The notes below the pieces were generated by a model. The model saw nothing but the letters and a program-made list of their open reading frames with translations. It did no database searches and was not told where the DNA came from. Shown here piece by piece: positions 18,022-27,320 of a stretch of DNA of 64,000 nt. Position 1 is the first letter of the stretch; each line of letters starts with the position of its first letter. Source of the DNA: a virus (taxonomy: Duplodnaviria; Heunggongvirae; Uroviricota; Caudoviricetes); IMG/VR virus record IMGVR_UViG_3300006217_000018, positions 25,725 to 89,724 of that record. One strand, given 5' to 3'. The position numbers and the translations under genes are program-made.

Positions 18022-19041
18022 ATGAGATTGGAGGATTTGGAAATAAAAATTTTAAGAAATATAAAAGTACCAACTGGAAACATTATGATTGTTGAGGGTG
18101 ACAAGGGAAAACTTGAATGTCTGTCAATCGGAGACTATGGGAAAGAAGCGAACTTAAAGGCTGATTTCATGGGCTTGACAAGGGAGATAGACCATGTAGA
18201 ACATCAGCAAATGTTACCGCTTTCCGAAAAGTGGGTAATCACAATCAGCACACAGTACGGTTGCTCCATGAACTGCAAATTCTGTGATGTGCCGAAAGTC
18301 GGAAAAGGCATAAACGCTACATACGATGATTTGAAAAGTCAGATTGTAACCGGCTTATCATTGCACCCAGAAATCACTCATACAAACCGCTTGAATGTGC
18401 ATTATGCGAGAATGGGAGAGCCTACATGGAATTGGGCGGTTTTGGAGTTTACAAAGAATATGAGAGAAGAATTAAAACCATATATCGGTGACAGCCTTAT
18501 TCATCCCGTTGTTTCCACCATGTTACCGAAGAACAACACAAAATTAGCTGATTATCTTGAAGTGTGGATGGAGATTAAGAACAAAGATTTTTCGGGGGAT
18601 GCCGGATTGCAATTCTCCATCAATTCCACTTCTGACAGCGAAAGAGAGGATATGTTTAGCGGAAATTCTCTGACATTGCAGGAAATTTCAAATATTGGAA
18701 GAAGCCTTGAAATGCCAAAGGGAAGAAAAATTACATTGAATTTTGCGGTTGCTGATTATGAGGTCAATGCAGAGAAGATGAGAGATTTATTCAATCCCGA
18801 AAAATTCCTTGTCAAGTTGACACCTATGCACAAAACACATACCGCCCTTAAAAACGGTATTGAAACAAGCGGAGATTATACAACCATGTATCCATACCGA
18901 CACATTGAAGAGGATTTGAAGAAAGCCGGATTTGATGTGCTTGTGTTTATCGCAAGCGAGTATGAGGACTTGGGGCGCATCACTTGTGGAAATGCAATAT
19001 TGAGCGGAGCATTGCCAGAATGCCCATATGAGGAAGATTAA
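18022..19041 (+). CDS. RlmN/Cfr-family radical-SAM RNA (adenine C2/C8) methyltransferase
   Basis: ISTQYGCSMNCKFCDVPKVG is a CxxxCxxC radical-SAM motif in the RlmN context (E. coli SSQVGCALECKFCST); C-terminal ITCGNA aligns with the conserved C-terminal Cys (AACGQL) of RlmN. Confidence 0.6.
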   Translation: MRLEDLEIKILRNIKVPTGNIMIVEGDKGKLECLSIGDYGKEANLKADFMGLTREIDHVEHQQMLPLSEKWVITISTQYGCSMNCKFCDVPKVGKGINATYDDLKSQIVTGLSLHPEITHTNRLNVHYARMGEPTWNWAVLEFTKNMREELKPYIGDSLIHPVVSTMLPKNNTKLADYLEVWMEIKNKDFSGDAGLQFSINSTSDSEREDMFSGNSLTLQEISNIGRSLEMPKGRKITLNFAVADYEVNAEKMRDLFNPEKFLVKLTPMHKTHTALKNGIETSGDYTTMYPYRHIEEDLKKAGFDVLVFIASEYEDLGRITCGNAILSGALPECPYEED

Positions 19042-19124
19042 AGAGAAAAACTGCTTTGTGATTGTGAATTTAAAAAAGATTATTTGAGAAAGAGATTAAT
19101 GAGTAAAATATGGAGGTATAGATT

Positions 19125-19679
19125 ATGAGTAGTATTTTGGTTGTGGTTGATATGCAAAATGATTTTATTGACGGCTCACTCGGAACAAAGGAAGCAAAAG
19201 ACATTGTTGGAAATGTAGTAGATAAAATAAAAGGGTTTGATGGGAAGATTTTTGCAACATTGGATACACATGATGACAATTATTTAGAAACTTTTGAAGG
19301 GAAGCATTTACCAGTTGCCCATTGTATTAGAATGACTAACGGATGGGTTTTGAATAAGGATGTCCGTGATGTATTAGTGGGAAAGGATTATAAAATTATT
19401 GAGAAAAGAACGTTTGGATCAACCCGCCTTATAAATGAAATAAGAAGGATCTTGGATAGAAAAGAGAGGTTAGAAATTGAAATTGTTGGATTATGTACGG
19501 ACATATGTGTTGTATCAAACGCTTTGCTGTTGAAGGCAAATTTCCCAGATATTGAAATTTCTGTAGATGTGGATTGTTGTGCAGGCACTTCTCCGGATGC
19601 GCATAAAGCAGCATTGCTGACTATGAAAATGTGTCAAATCCATGTAAATAAAAAAACGGTGTGGGAAGAATTAGGATGA
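19125..19679 (+). CDS. pncA: nicotinamidase / isochorismatase-family cysteine hydrolase (PncA-like)
   Basis: VVVDMQNDFIDG (Asp), Lys, and GLCTDICV catalytic Cys region parallel PncA IVDVQNDF...GIATDHCV. Confidence 0.7.
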   Translation: MSSILVVVDMQNDFIDGSLGTKEAKDIVGNVVDKIKGFDGKIFATLDTHDDNYLETFEGKHLPVAHCIRMTNGWVLNKDVRDVLVGKDYKIIEKRTFGSTRLINEIRRILDRKERLEIEIVGLCTDICVVSNALLLKANFPDIEISVDVDCCAGTSPDAHKAALLTMKMCQIHVNKKTVWEELG

Positions 19680-20203
19680 TTAAAATTGTGAATATTTTTA
19701 AGCATTTTAAGAAGGTCTGCGTCCATAAATATTGGGTATTTTACTATTGTTGGAAGATGGGAATCCCTTTACAAGGACTATTCCATGATATGTCAAAATT
19801 TTCTTCTGTAGAATTTTGGGAGGGTGTGAAATATTATCAAGGAAATTCCAGCCCTATTGATGCTTGTAAAAAAGAGAATGGCTGGTCAAAGGCGTGGATG
19901 CATCATAAGGGGAGGAATAAGCATCACTATGAGTACTGGCAGGATAATTTTGATGATGGCGGAATAGCCATTGAGATGCCATTGAAGTATAAAAAAGAAA
20001 TGTTATGCGATTTTCTTGGGGCAGGAAGGGCATATTACGGTAAGGATTTTACATATGAAAAAGAATATATGTGGTGGAAAAATAGGATGAGTAAACCTAT
20101 GGCTATGCATGTAAATGACAAAAATTTTATCAATACATGGATGTTAAAAATAATGAATGAAGACAACAACGCCTTTAATAGATTAAAGAAAGTTGGAGAA
20201 TGA
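19661..20203 (+). CDS. hypothetical protein inside the NAD cluster (His/Trp-rich)
   Basis: 180-aa ORF; no motif recognised. Confidence 0.35.
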   Translation: MGRIRMIKIVNIFKHFKKVCVHKYWVFYYCWKMGIPLQGLFHDMSKFSSVEFWEGVKYYQGNSSPIDACKKENGWSKAWMHHKGRNKHHYEYWQDNFDDGGIAIEMPLKYKKEMLCDFLGAGRAYYGKDFTYEKEYMWWKNRMSKPMAMHVNDKNFINTWMLKIMNEDNNAFNRLKKVGE

Positions 20204-20206
20204 AAT

Positions 20207-21412
20207 ATGGATAGGATTATTAATAGTTTATTGGAGAATGATTTATACAAATTTAGTATGGGGCAAGTCATTCTTCATCAATTTTCGGACTATAAAACTA
20301 CTTGGACGTTTAAATGCCGTAATAAAGATATATTTTTTACGCCTGAAATGGTTCAAGAGATTAAGCGCCAAATTAAATTGTATTGTAGCCTTAAGTTTAC
20401 TGAACAGGAGCTTCAATATTTAAAAAATATTCGTTGGATTAAGGGAAATTATGTGGATTTTTTGCGTTTATGGCAGCCACGTTTTGAGGATTTTGATATA
20501 ACAGTTAATTCAAAATGTGGTCTGGTGATTGAAACTAAAGGTACATGGCTTAACACAAGTATGTATGAGATCCCGGTTTTAGCAATAGTAAATGAAGTGT
20601 ATTTTAAAATGGCACATAATTATAGACATTTGATGGAAGTGTTTACAGAAAAATTGGAGGAGAAAGCGGAATGGCTAGGAATATATCAAGGAAGGTATTA
20701 TCTCTCTTCTTTTAGTGAATTTGGACTTAGGCGCAGGCTTTCTGCCGAAGCTCAAGAAATGGCAGTGCAAAAGTTATCTGGAATCAAATATTGCTGCTCA
20801 GTTTTTGTTGGGACTTCTAACGTTTATTTGGCAATGAAGTATAATTTAATGCCCACAGGAACCCAAGCGCATGAGTTTATTATGTGTGTAGGCCAAGGGA
20901 ACCATAAGCATAATCCTGCTTATTCGAATTGGTATGCGATGGAAGCTTGGGTAAGAGAATATGGGATCCTTAATGGGACGGCTCTTACAGATACCATTGG
21001 GACAGATTGTTTTTTGAAAGATTTTAACCTTACTTATGCCACTTTATTCAGTGGTGTGAGACATGATAGTGGCAGTCCGTATGAATGGGGAGAAAAAATA
21101 ATTAACCATTATAAAGATCTAGGGATAGACCCAAGGAGTAAGACATTGCTTTTTAGTGACAGTTTAAACTTTGAAAAAGCAGATAAAATCTATCATTATT
21201 TTAAAGAAAGGGCAAAGATTGCGTTTGGGATAGGGACTTATATTTCTAATGATACGGATGTGGAGCCGTTGAATATTGTCATGAAAGTTACAAAATGTAA
21301 TGGACAAGATGTGGCAAAGATTTCAGATGATGTTGGGAAAGGAATTTGCAAGAACCTCGATTATGTAAACTATTTGCAGAGATGTATTGACTGGAGATTG
21401 CAGTATGAATAA
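20207..21412 (+). CDS. pncB: nicotinate phosphoribosyltransferase (NAPRTase, PncB-like)
   Basis: 401 aa; N-terminal LLENDLYKFSMGQ matches PncB LDTDAYKLHMQQ; size and order in a PncA-PncB-NMNAT-NadE cluster. Confidence 0.7.
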   Translation: MDRIINSLLENDLYKFSMGQVILHQFSDYKTTWTFKCRNKDIFFTPEMVQEIKRQIKLYCSLKFTEQELQYLKNIRWIKGNYVDFLRLWQPRFEDFDITVNSKCGLVIETKGTWLNTSMYEIPVLAIVNEVYFKMAHNYRHLMEVFTEKLEEKAEWLGIYQGRYYLSSFSEFGLRRRLSAEAQEMAVQKLSGIKYCCSVFVGTSNVYLAMKYNLMPTGTQAHEFIMCVGQGNHKHNPAYSNWYAMEAWVREYGILNGTALTDTIGTDCFLKDFNLTYATLFSGVRHDSGSPYEWGEKIINHYKDLGIDPRSKTLLFSDSLNFEKADKIYHYFKERAKIAFGIGTYISNDTDVEPLNIVMKVTKCNGQDVAKISDDVGKGICKNLDYVNYLQRCIDWRLQYE

Positions 21413-22013
21413 GTCAGTATTGATTTTTGGTGCTTTTAATCCTGTGACAAATGCCCATATAAATATGGGCATTTGTTGCAAGATGGTATATCCATCAGCT
21501 AATATTGTTTTTGTTCCATCTAATGATAAATTTTTAAAAGACTGGAAAAAGTACGGAGATGGGATGGTATTGGATGGAGATAAGAGATTCCTGCTATTAC
21601 ATGAGGCAGTGAAAAAATTCGGTTTTCATGTATCGAACATTGAGATAAATGGGACAGTAGATGGCAAAACATATAATACAATCCAGTATTATAGAAAAAT
21701 GGATCCTATTATATGCATTGGGGCAGACAAACTTTGTGAAATCCACAGATGGTATAAAGCAGAAGAGGTAGTTAGGGATAATAGGTTTTTGGTGATTACT
21801 AGGAATAATGACAATGGGAAATTACATGAATCATTAATGCAATATAATGGTAATTTTAGATATATTGAAGGGGCATATCAAGAAGTATCATCGACACAGA
21901 TAAGGGAGGCGTATGTCAATAACCAGTTAGGCTCGGTTAAGGATTATGTCCCAGAATGTGTTTTTGAGTATCTGGAAAACACAGATAACGTTTATCGCAA
22001 AAGTGGATTTTGA
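21387..22013 (+). CDS. nicotinate/nicotinamide mononucleotide adenylyltransferase (NadD/NMNAT-like cytidylyltransferase fold)
   Basis: VLIFGAFNPVTNAHINMG is the (H/T)xGH nucleotidyltransferase motif near the N-terminus; context. Confidence 0.6.
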   Translation: MTGDCSMNKSVLIFGAFNPVTNAHINMGICCKMVYPSANIVFVPSNDKFLKDWKKYGDGMVLDGDKRFLLLHEAVKKFGFHVSNIEINGTVDGKTYNTIQYYRKMDPIICIGADKLCEIHRWYKAEEVVRDNRFLVITRNNDNGKLHESLMQYNGNFRYIEGAYQEVSSTQIREAYVNNQLGSVKDYVPECVFEYLENTDNVYRKSGF

Positions 22014-22209
22014 ATTGAGGTGATGTAATGGACAAAGAATTGTGCTTTATTATCGAATGAGAAGAATTGTATTTGGAATAAATATTATTTGATTACAATT
22101 GAATCCCAATATTTTTTATATGCATTGAATTAGACATTGTAACTTGTAAGCCTACAGGAAAAAAATGGATATTTCAATATTGCCAGAAGCAAATCTATAT
22201 GTTTGATGA

Positions 22210-22995
22210 TTGGAGGTTAGGACAATGATAGATGATTTTAACGCAGTAGAAGTAAAGAATAAATGCGTAAATTGGATTAAAGGATGCTTTGAGGATAATG
22301 GCAAGGGTTGTAAAGCAGTAATTGGAATTTCAGGTGGAAAAGATAGTTCTGTAGTAGCTGCCCTATGTGCAGAGGCACTTGGTAAAGATAGAGTGTTTGG
22401 CGTTCTTATGCCAAATGGACTTCAGACAGATATTGACTGTAGTTATTTATTATGCAGGTATCTTGGAATTAATTTTGCTTTAGTTCCGATTGGACATACT
22501 TTGAATACTTTAAAGTATGATATTCTCAATGCTTTTGATGATAATGATAGTTTGACAGAACAGGCAGAAATTAATCTTCCTGCTCGTATCCGTATGGCAA
22601 CTTTATATGCTGTAAGCCAAAGTATGGATGGTAGGGTGGCAAATACATGTAATTTGTCAGAGGATTGGATAGGATATAGTACGAGGTATGGGGATTCAGT
22701 TGGAGATTTTAGTCCGCTTTCTAACCTTACGGTTACAGAAATTAAACAGATTGGGAGAGTGTTGGGGTTACCAGACAAATTAATTGATAAAACACCATCT
22801 GATGGGCTTTGCGGAAAGACAGATGAAGAGAATTTTGGCTTTACTTATGAGGTGTTGGATAGATACATCCGTACAGGTGAAATTGAAGACCAAGAAGTAA
22901 AAAAGAAAATTGATACAATGCATAAGAAAAACTTATTCAAATTACAGCTTATGCCAAGTTTTAATCCTGGCATTGGAGTTGGTCTTGTTTCTTAA
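22210..22995 (+). CDS. nadE: NH3-dependent NAD+ synthetase (NadE)
   Basis: GISGGKDSSVVAALC PP-loop, SEDWIGYSTRYGD motif, about 260 aa, typical of single-domain NadE. Confidence 0.8.
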   Translation: MEVRTMIDDFNAVEVKNKCVNWIKGCFEDNGKGCKAVIGISGGKDSSVVAALCAEALGKDRVFGVLMPNGLQTDIDCSYLLCRYLGINFALVPIGHTLNTLKYDILNAFDDNDSLTEQAEINLPARIRMATLYAVSQSMDGRVANTCNLSEDWIGYSTRYGDSVGDFSPLSNLTVTEIKQIGRVLGLPDKLIDKTPSDGLCGKTDEENFGFTYEVLDRYIRTGEIEDQEVKKKIDTMHKKNLFKLQLMPSFNPGIGVGLVS

Positions 22996-23041
22996 TAAAA
23001 GAGACAGGACGATTGTAATTTTATATTAGATTGGAGATTGT

Positions 23042-23569
23042 ATGAATTATTATATTGCAGATACTCATTTTGGACATGAAAATATCCTTAAATTATCAAA
23101 AAGACCATTTGAATCAATAAAAGAAATGGATAAAGCAATTATCGAAAATTGGAATAATAGAGTAACAGACAGTGATAATATTTATATCTTAGGAGATTTT
23201 GCATATAAAAGTCAAGACCCTATTTCATACCTTAAAAAATTGAAAGGGAAGAAACATTTGATTATAGGGAACCATGACAATAAATTATTAAGCAATAAGA
23301 AGTATGAAAAGTATTTCTCATCAGTTACTTTTATAAAAACGGTCAATGACAGTGGAAAACGGATTATATGCTGTCATTATCCTATGGTGGAGTGGGATGG
23401 GTATTATAGAAATACATTGCATTTTTATGGACATATCCACAACAATTTTGAGAATAGCACTAATCAATATATATCAAAAATTAAGAATGCTTATAATGTG
23501 GGAGTGGATATAATTGGATTTATGCCAAAGACTCTAAATGAAATATTGGAAGGAGTTGACAAGCCATGA
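23042..23569 (+). CDS. calcineurin-like metallophosphoesterase
   Basis: DTHFGH, GDF and GNHD metal-binding motifs in canonical order. Confidence 0.7.
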   Translation: MNYYIADTHFGHENILKLSKRPFESIKEMDKAIIENWNNRVTDSDNIYILGDFAYKSQDPISYLKKLKGKKHLIIGNHDNKLLSNKKYEKYFSSVTFIKTVNDSGKRIICCHYPMVEWDGYYRNTLHFYGHIHNNFENSTNQYISKIKNAYNVGVDIIGFMPKTLNEILEGVDKP

Positions 23570-24195
23570 CACAATACAGATGCTATAAAGAAAAAGACAT
23601 TTTAGATAAGTTGGGGAAAGATTTTTATATGACATATAAAGAACAGGATGATATTTTTGCCAGGGTTTTTTCTGAATGCAAGGATATTACCAATTCAAAA
23701 TGTTATATAACAAATAAAAAAGATATAAAAACCATTATAGAGTCAAAAGGGTATTGGAGCGAGGTGATTATTGGATTCTCATCTGGTAGAGAAAACATTG
23801 TATTATACTCTGATAAAGTGAAAATAGGTGATGAATCCGTAGGAAGAATATTAAAAAACAAGTTTTTGTCACCATATTTTTATAAGCAAGGGGAATATAT
23901 TCTGGCAAATAAAGCCCTTGATGCTTGGCTTGTATATAATGGAATTTCAAAAAAAGAATTAAGTAAAATTAGTATTGATGCTGAGAAAGAAGATGTTTAT
24001 TTTTATTATGGATTGAGCGAACCGATTGTTGAAGATGGAAAGTATTCTGGGAATTATGATACAGTCATGAGTCTTTCAGAAACAAATATCACAGATATTA
24101 TAACCAATATAAGGGATGTAGAAGTTGGGTTGAAAGTAGAAAAGATATTAACTTATTTTGGAAAAATCAAATTTGCCAATTTATGTGCTGAGTGA
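23566..24195 (+). CDS. hypothetical protein
   Basis: 209-aa ORF translationally coupled (ATGA) to the phosphoesterase. Confidence 0.4.
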   Translation: MTQYRCYKEKDILDKLGKDFYMTYKEQDDIFARVFSECKDITNSKCYITNKKDIKTIIESKGYWSEVIIGFSSGRENIVLYSDKVKIGDESVGRILKNKFLSPYFYKQGEYILANKALDAWLVYNGISKKELSKISIDAEKEDVYFYYGLSEPIVEDGKYSGNYDTVMSLSETNITDIITNIRDVEVGLKVEKILTYFGKIKFANLCAE

Positions 24196-24228
24196 AGATG
24201 TAAAAAATTGAAAGCAGAGGTGGGATGA

Positions 24229-24423
24229 ATGGGTTACACAATTACAGGGGTGAATGGGATTTGCCATGATGGAGATCCTGATGTTATTTGTTTCAGGGAT
24301 GTAGTAAATGATAGCGTAGTATCTCCTTGGTATGAATGGCAAGGAATATCGCAGAATATTTCAATGAATGATTTTTTACAAGAAGTTGAAGGCTGTAATT
24401 TGAGTGCTGAAAACTTTCGATAA
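24229..24423 (+). CDS. small hypothetical protein
   Basis: 64 aa. Confidence 0.3.
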   Translation: MGYTITGVNGICHDGDPDVICFRDVVNDSVVSPWYEWQGISQNISMNDFLQEVEGCNLSAENFR

Positions 24424-24452
24424 GGGCGTGGGAAGATGAAAACGGGATAATT

Positions 24453-24761
24453 ATGGATTATGGATTACGTCAGCAGTTCTGGATTCCAAGGAAAATAATT
24501 GAAAAAAATGAATGGGATTTAGATAACCTTAGAGTCCCATTAGGGGATAGAGTTTATAAGTTAAATTCAGAAATAAAGAACTGTCTATTTTGTGGCGGAG
24601 TAGCAGAAATTAATGTCTTACAAGAACTAAGGATAGGAGGGGATGAGGGGGTTGTTATTCAATGCACTAAATGTCTTATGAATACTGCATCAATTAACGG
24701 GACTTATTCTTCATCAAGTTCTGGTGTTATTAAGCTATGGAATAGGAGGGTTTTAAAATGA
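24453..24761 (+). CDS. small Cys-containing hypothetical protein
   Basis: CLFCGG...CTKC pairs. Confidence 0.3.
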   Translation: MDYGLRQQFWIPRKIIEKNEWDLDNLRVPLGDRVYKLNSEIKNCLFCGGVAEINVLQELRIGGDEGVVIQCTKCLMNTASINGTYSSSSSGVIKLWNRRVLK

Positions 24762-25060
24762 AGAAACGAATTTTAATTGTGGCATTGGCGGTTGTGATGG
24801 TGATTTGCCTGGTTGGGTGCGGCACTACATATCAAGAGGCGACAGGGCAGACAGAAAGTAATACAAGCGGTGATTTCGGAAATGGGTATTTTACTACAAT
24901 TTCCGAGTGGGGAGATGGAAGTTATGGAACATATAGAATTGTCTATGCAAATGACACGAAAGTAAAATATTTTGTCAATACATCTGGCTACAGAACAGGC
25001 ATTACCCCACTCTACAACGCAGACGGAACATTGCAGATTTATGAAGAAAGAGAGGATTGA
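24758..25060 (+). CDS. lipoprotein
   Basis: signal peptide MKKRILIVALAVVMVICLVGCG with lipobox. Confidence 0.5.
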   Translation: MKKRILIVALAVVMVICLVGCGTTYQEATGQTESNTSGDFGNGYFTTISEWGDGSYGTYRIVYANDTKVKYFVNTSGYRTGITPLYNADGTLQIYEERED

Positions 25061-25063
25061 GGA

Positions 25064-25477
25064 ATGATATTTTGGATTTTTGTAATTTTAACGGTTGCAG
25101 GGGTTACTGGAGGAATAGTTGCTTGCGAGTATGACTTTGATGTGCTTTCTTTATTCGGTTGGATTGTTGGTGTAATCAGCGGAATTGTTGCTGCAATCAT
25201 GTTGATTGTGATTGTCAGTACACATTGTACCGCAGACGCACAAGTTGAGTTATGGAAAGAGCAATACAAGGCACTTACATACAAACTGGAAAGCGGTGCG
25301 TGTCGTGACGAGCTTGGATTGTTAAGCAAAGAAATCATAGACGAAATTCAAGACTGGAATCAAGACGCAGTTTACAACAAGCGTATTCAGAAAGATTTTT
25401 GGATGGGTATATTTTATCCGAATGTCTTTGATGAATTTGAAACGATTGACTACGAGAGGTATCAAAGCAAAGATTAA
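25064..25477 (+). CDS. membrane protein (2 TM)
   Basis: two hydrophobic helices at the N-terminus. Confidence 0.4.
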   Translation: MIFWIFVILTVAGVTGGIVACEYDFDVLSLFGWIVGVISGIVAAIMLIVIVSTHCTADAQVELWKEQYKALTYKLESGACRDELGLLSKEIIDEIQDWNQDAVYNKRIQKDFWMGIFYPNVFDEFETIDYERYQSKD

Positions 25478-25559
25478 CCTCCCCATACACCTTATGGCAT
25501 GGCTTGAGGACGAACAGGAAGCAGAAGAACAGAAAGCACCGTTTTAAGGGAGGGCGAAC

Positions 25560-25775
25560 ATGATTATTGTAAAATTGACAGTTTTAGCGGTTATGGTGAC
25601 TGCATTATACATTTGGATTTGGAGAGCGTGGTTGAAATTCAATCCAGAAGAAACATTGAAGACAGCCTTTAACAGGAATTACCTGCCAAAAAGCGGATAT
25701 CCGATTATCCTTTTCCTTTTACTTGATGTAATCGGCATTTTCGCAAGCGCAATATACCTTTTGTTCTTTAGGTAG
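25560..25775 (+). CDS. small membrane protein (2 TM)
   Basis: 71 aa with two hydrophobic segments. Confidence 0.4.
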   Translation: MIIVKLTVLAVMVTALYIWIWRAWLKFNPEETLKTAFNRNYLPKSGYPIILFLLLDVIGIFASAIYLLFFR

Positions 25776-25846
25776 CCACACAGCGGACTTTCTTTCGTGG
25801 GAAGTCCGCAAATAATAAAAATTTATTTTATAGGAGGAATTTTAAG

Positions 25847-26446
25847 ATGACTAATATGTTAAATGGAATGTTTGGGAAAGTGCAGCCAGGAATGTGTAGG
25901 TTGTCAATGAGTGGCGGCATTGCCGTGAAGACAGCAAACGGCTACAAAAGCTACAATGTAAAATCTGGAAGACTGACGAACTGTGATAGCTTCGTATTCA
26001 ACATTGGGGAGGAATTTTTCTTTGTAATTCCAACCAACAAAGCAGAGGTTGGCGACATTATCTTGGTTGCCGGAAAGCCGAAATGTGTTATTGAGTCCAA
26101 AAAGAATATGCTAACGGTTATCAACTACGAGGATTCAACAGTGGAGAACATTCTGCCAGAGCGTCATGTATTTATGGGCAATACGTACTTCTATGGGAAA
26201 ATCGTTTCCATGTTCGGCAGCGACATGATTAAGGGCAAGAAAGGAACCAACAAAATCATGCAGTACATGATGATGTCAGAAATGATGAAAGGAAATGAGA
26301 ACAGCGGAGAATCCGGAATGAGTGCAATGCTTCCATTTATGATGATGGGCGGCAGCATGGGAAATATGTTTGAGGGAATGTTTGATTTTGACGGCGAAGA
26401 CGAAGAAGAAAATGCCGAAGAATCCGAAGAAAGCGAGGAAGAATAA
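25847..26446 (+). CDS. Met-rich protein with acidic EE-rich tail
   Basis: MMMSEMMKG...MLPFMMMGGSMGNMFEGMF then ...EEENAEESEESEEE. Confidence 0.4.
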   Translation: MTNMLNGMFGKVQPGMCRLSMSGGIAVKTANGYKSYNVKSGRLTNCDSFVFNIGEEFFFVIPTNKAEVGDIILVAGKPKCVIESKKNMLTVINYEDSTVENILPERHVFMGNTYFYGKIVSMFGSDMIKGKKGTNKIMQYMMMSEMMKGNENSGESGMSAMLPFMMMGGSMGNMFEGMFDFDGEDEEENAEESEESEEE

Positions 26447-26447
26447 T

Positions 26448-27320
26448 ATGGGAAGCGGAAGTTGGACGAGGGATAGCTTCAGAAGTTATTCATCAACAAA
26501 GAAAATGAGTGTAGGAACTGACGGGTCTATTTCAGGAGATTATCATGCACAGGATATGTTCAAACAGAGAATGATTGCGCCAGAATTAGACCCAAAGAAT
26601 AAAATGCGTGAGTGTTGCGATTCAACAGAACACCCGAACACCATTCCTGTTATTTTAGGACTTGATGTAACGGGTAGCATGGGTGGCGCGGCAGTTGAAG
26701 TCGCAAAGAAGCTGAATGTAGTTATGACAAGACTTTATGAAAAGGTTGCAGATGTGGAATTTATGATTATGGGCATTGGGGATTTAGCCTATGACAATGC
26801 GCCAATACAGGCTTCACAATTTGAATCAGATATAAGGATTGCAGAGCAGCTTGATAAGATTTACTTCGAGGGAGGCGGTGGAGGAAACTCTTTTGAATCA
26901 TATACGGTGGCATGGTATTTCGGCTTGCGGCATACAAAATTGGATTGCTGGAACCGTGGCAAGAAAGGAATTGTCATTACTATGGGTGATGAGCCACTTA
27001 ATCCTTATTTGCCAAAATCTCCACTTTCCAGAGTGACAGGTGATAATTTGCAGGGCGATGTAGAAACAAAGGATTTATACGAAGAAGCAAGCCGAAAATT
27101 TGATATTTACCACCTTGCAGTTAATGATTCGCAGACTTCATACAGATACCACGAATCTGGTATCAAAGAAACATTCGGAAAATATCTTGACGAAAATCAT
27201 TTGCGTACTGTAAGCATGGATAATATTGCAAACGCCATTGTGGACATCGTAACCAATACAGGAACGTGGGCGACAGAAACAAGAACAGAAGAAAATGCAG
27301 GAGGGATGATTTCGTGGTAA
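26448..27320 (+). CDS. von Willebrand factor A (vWA) domain protein, TerY-like
   Basis: MIDAS-type DVTGSMGG motif; start moved to the ATG at 26448 just after the upstream stop. Confidence 0.55.
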   Translation: MGSGSWTRDSFRSYSSTKKMSVGTDGSISGDYHAQDMFKQRMIAPELDPKNKMRECCDSTEHPNTIPVILGLDVTGSMGGAAVEVAKKLNVVMTRLYEKVADVEFMIMGIGDLAYDNAPIQASQFESDIRIAEQLDKIYFEGGGGGNSFESYTVAWYFGLRHTKLDCWNRGKKGIVITMGDEPLNPYLPKSPLSRVTGDNLQGDVETKDLYEEASRKFDIYHLAVNDSQTSYRYHESGIKETFGKYLDENHLRTVSMDNIANAIVDIVTNTGTWATETRTEENAGGMISW

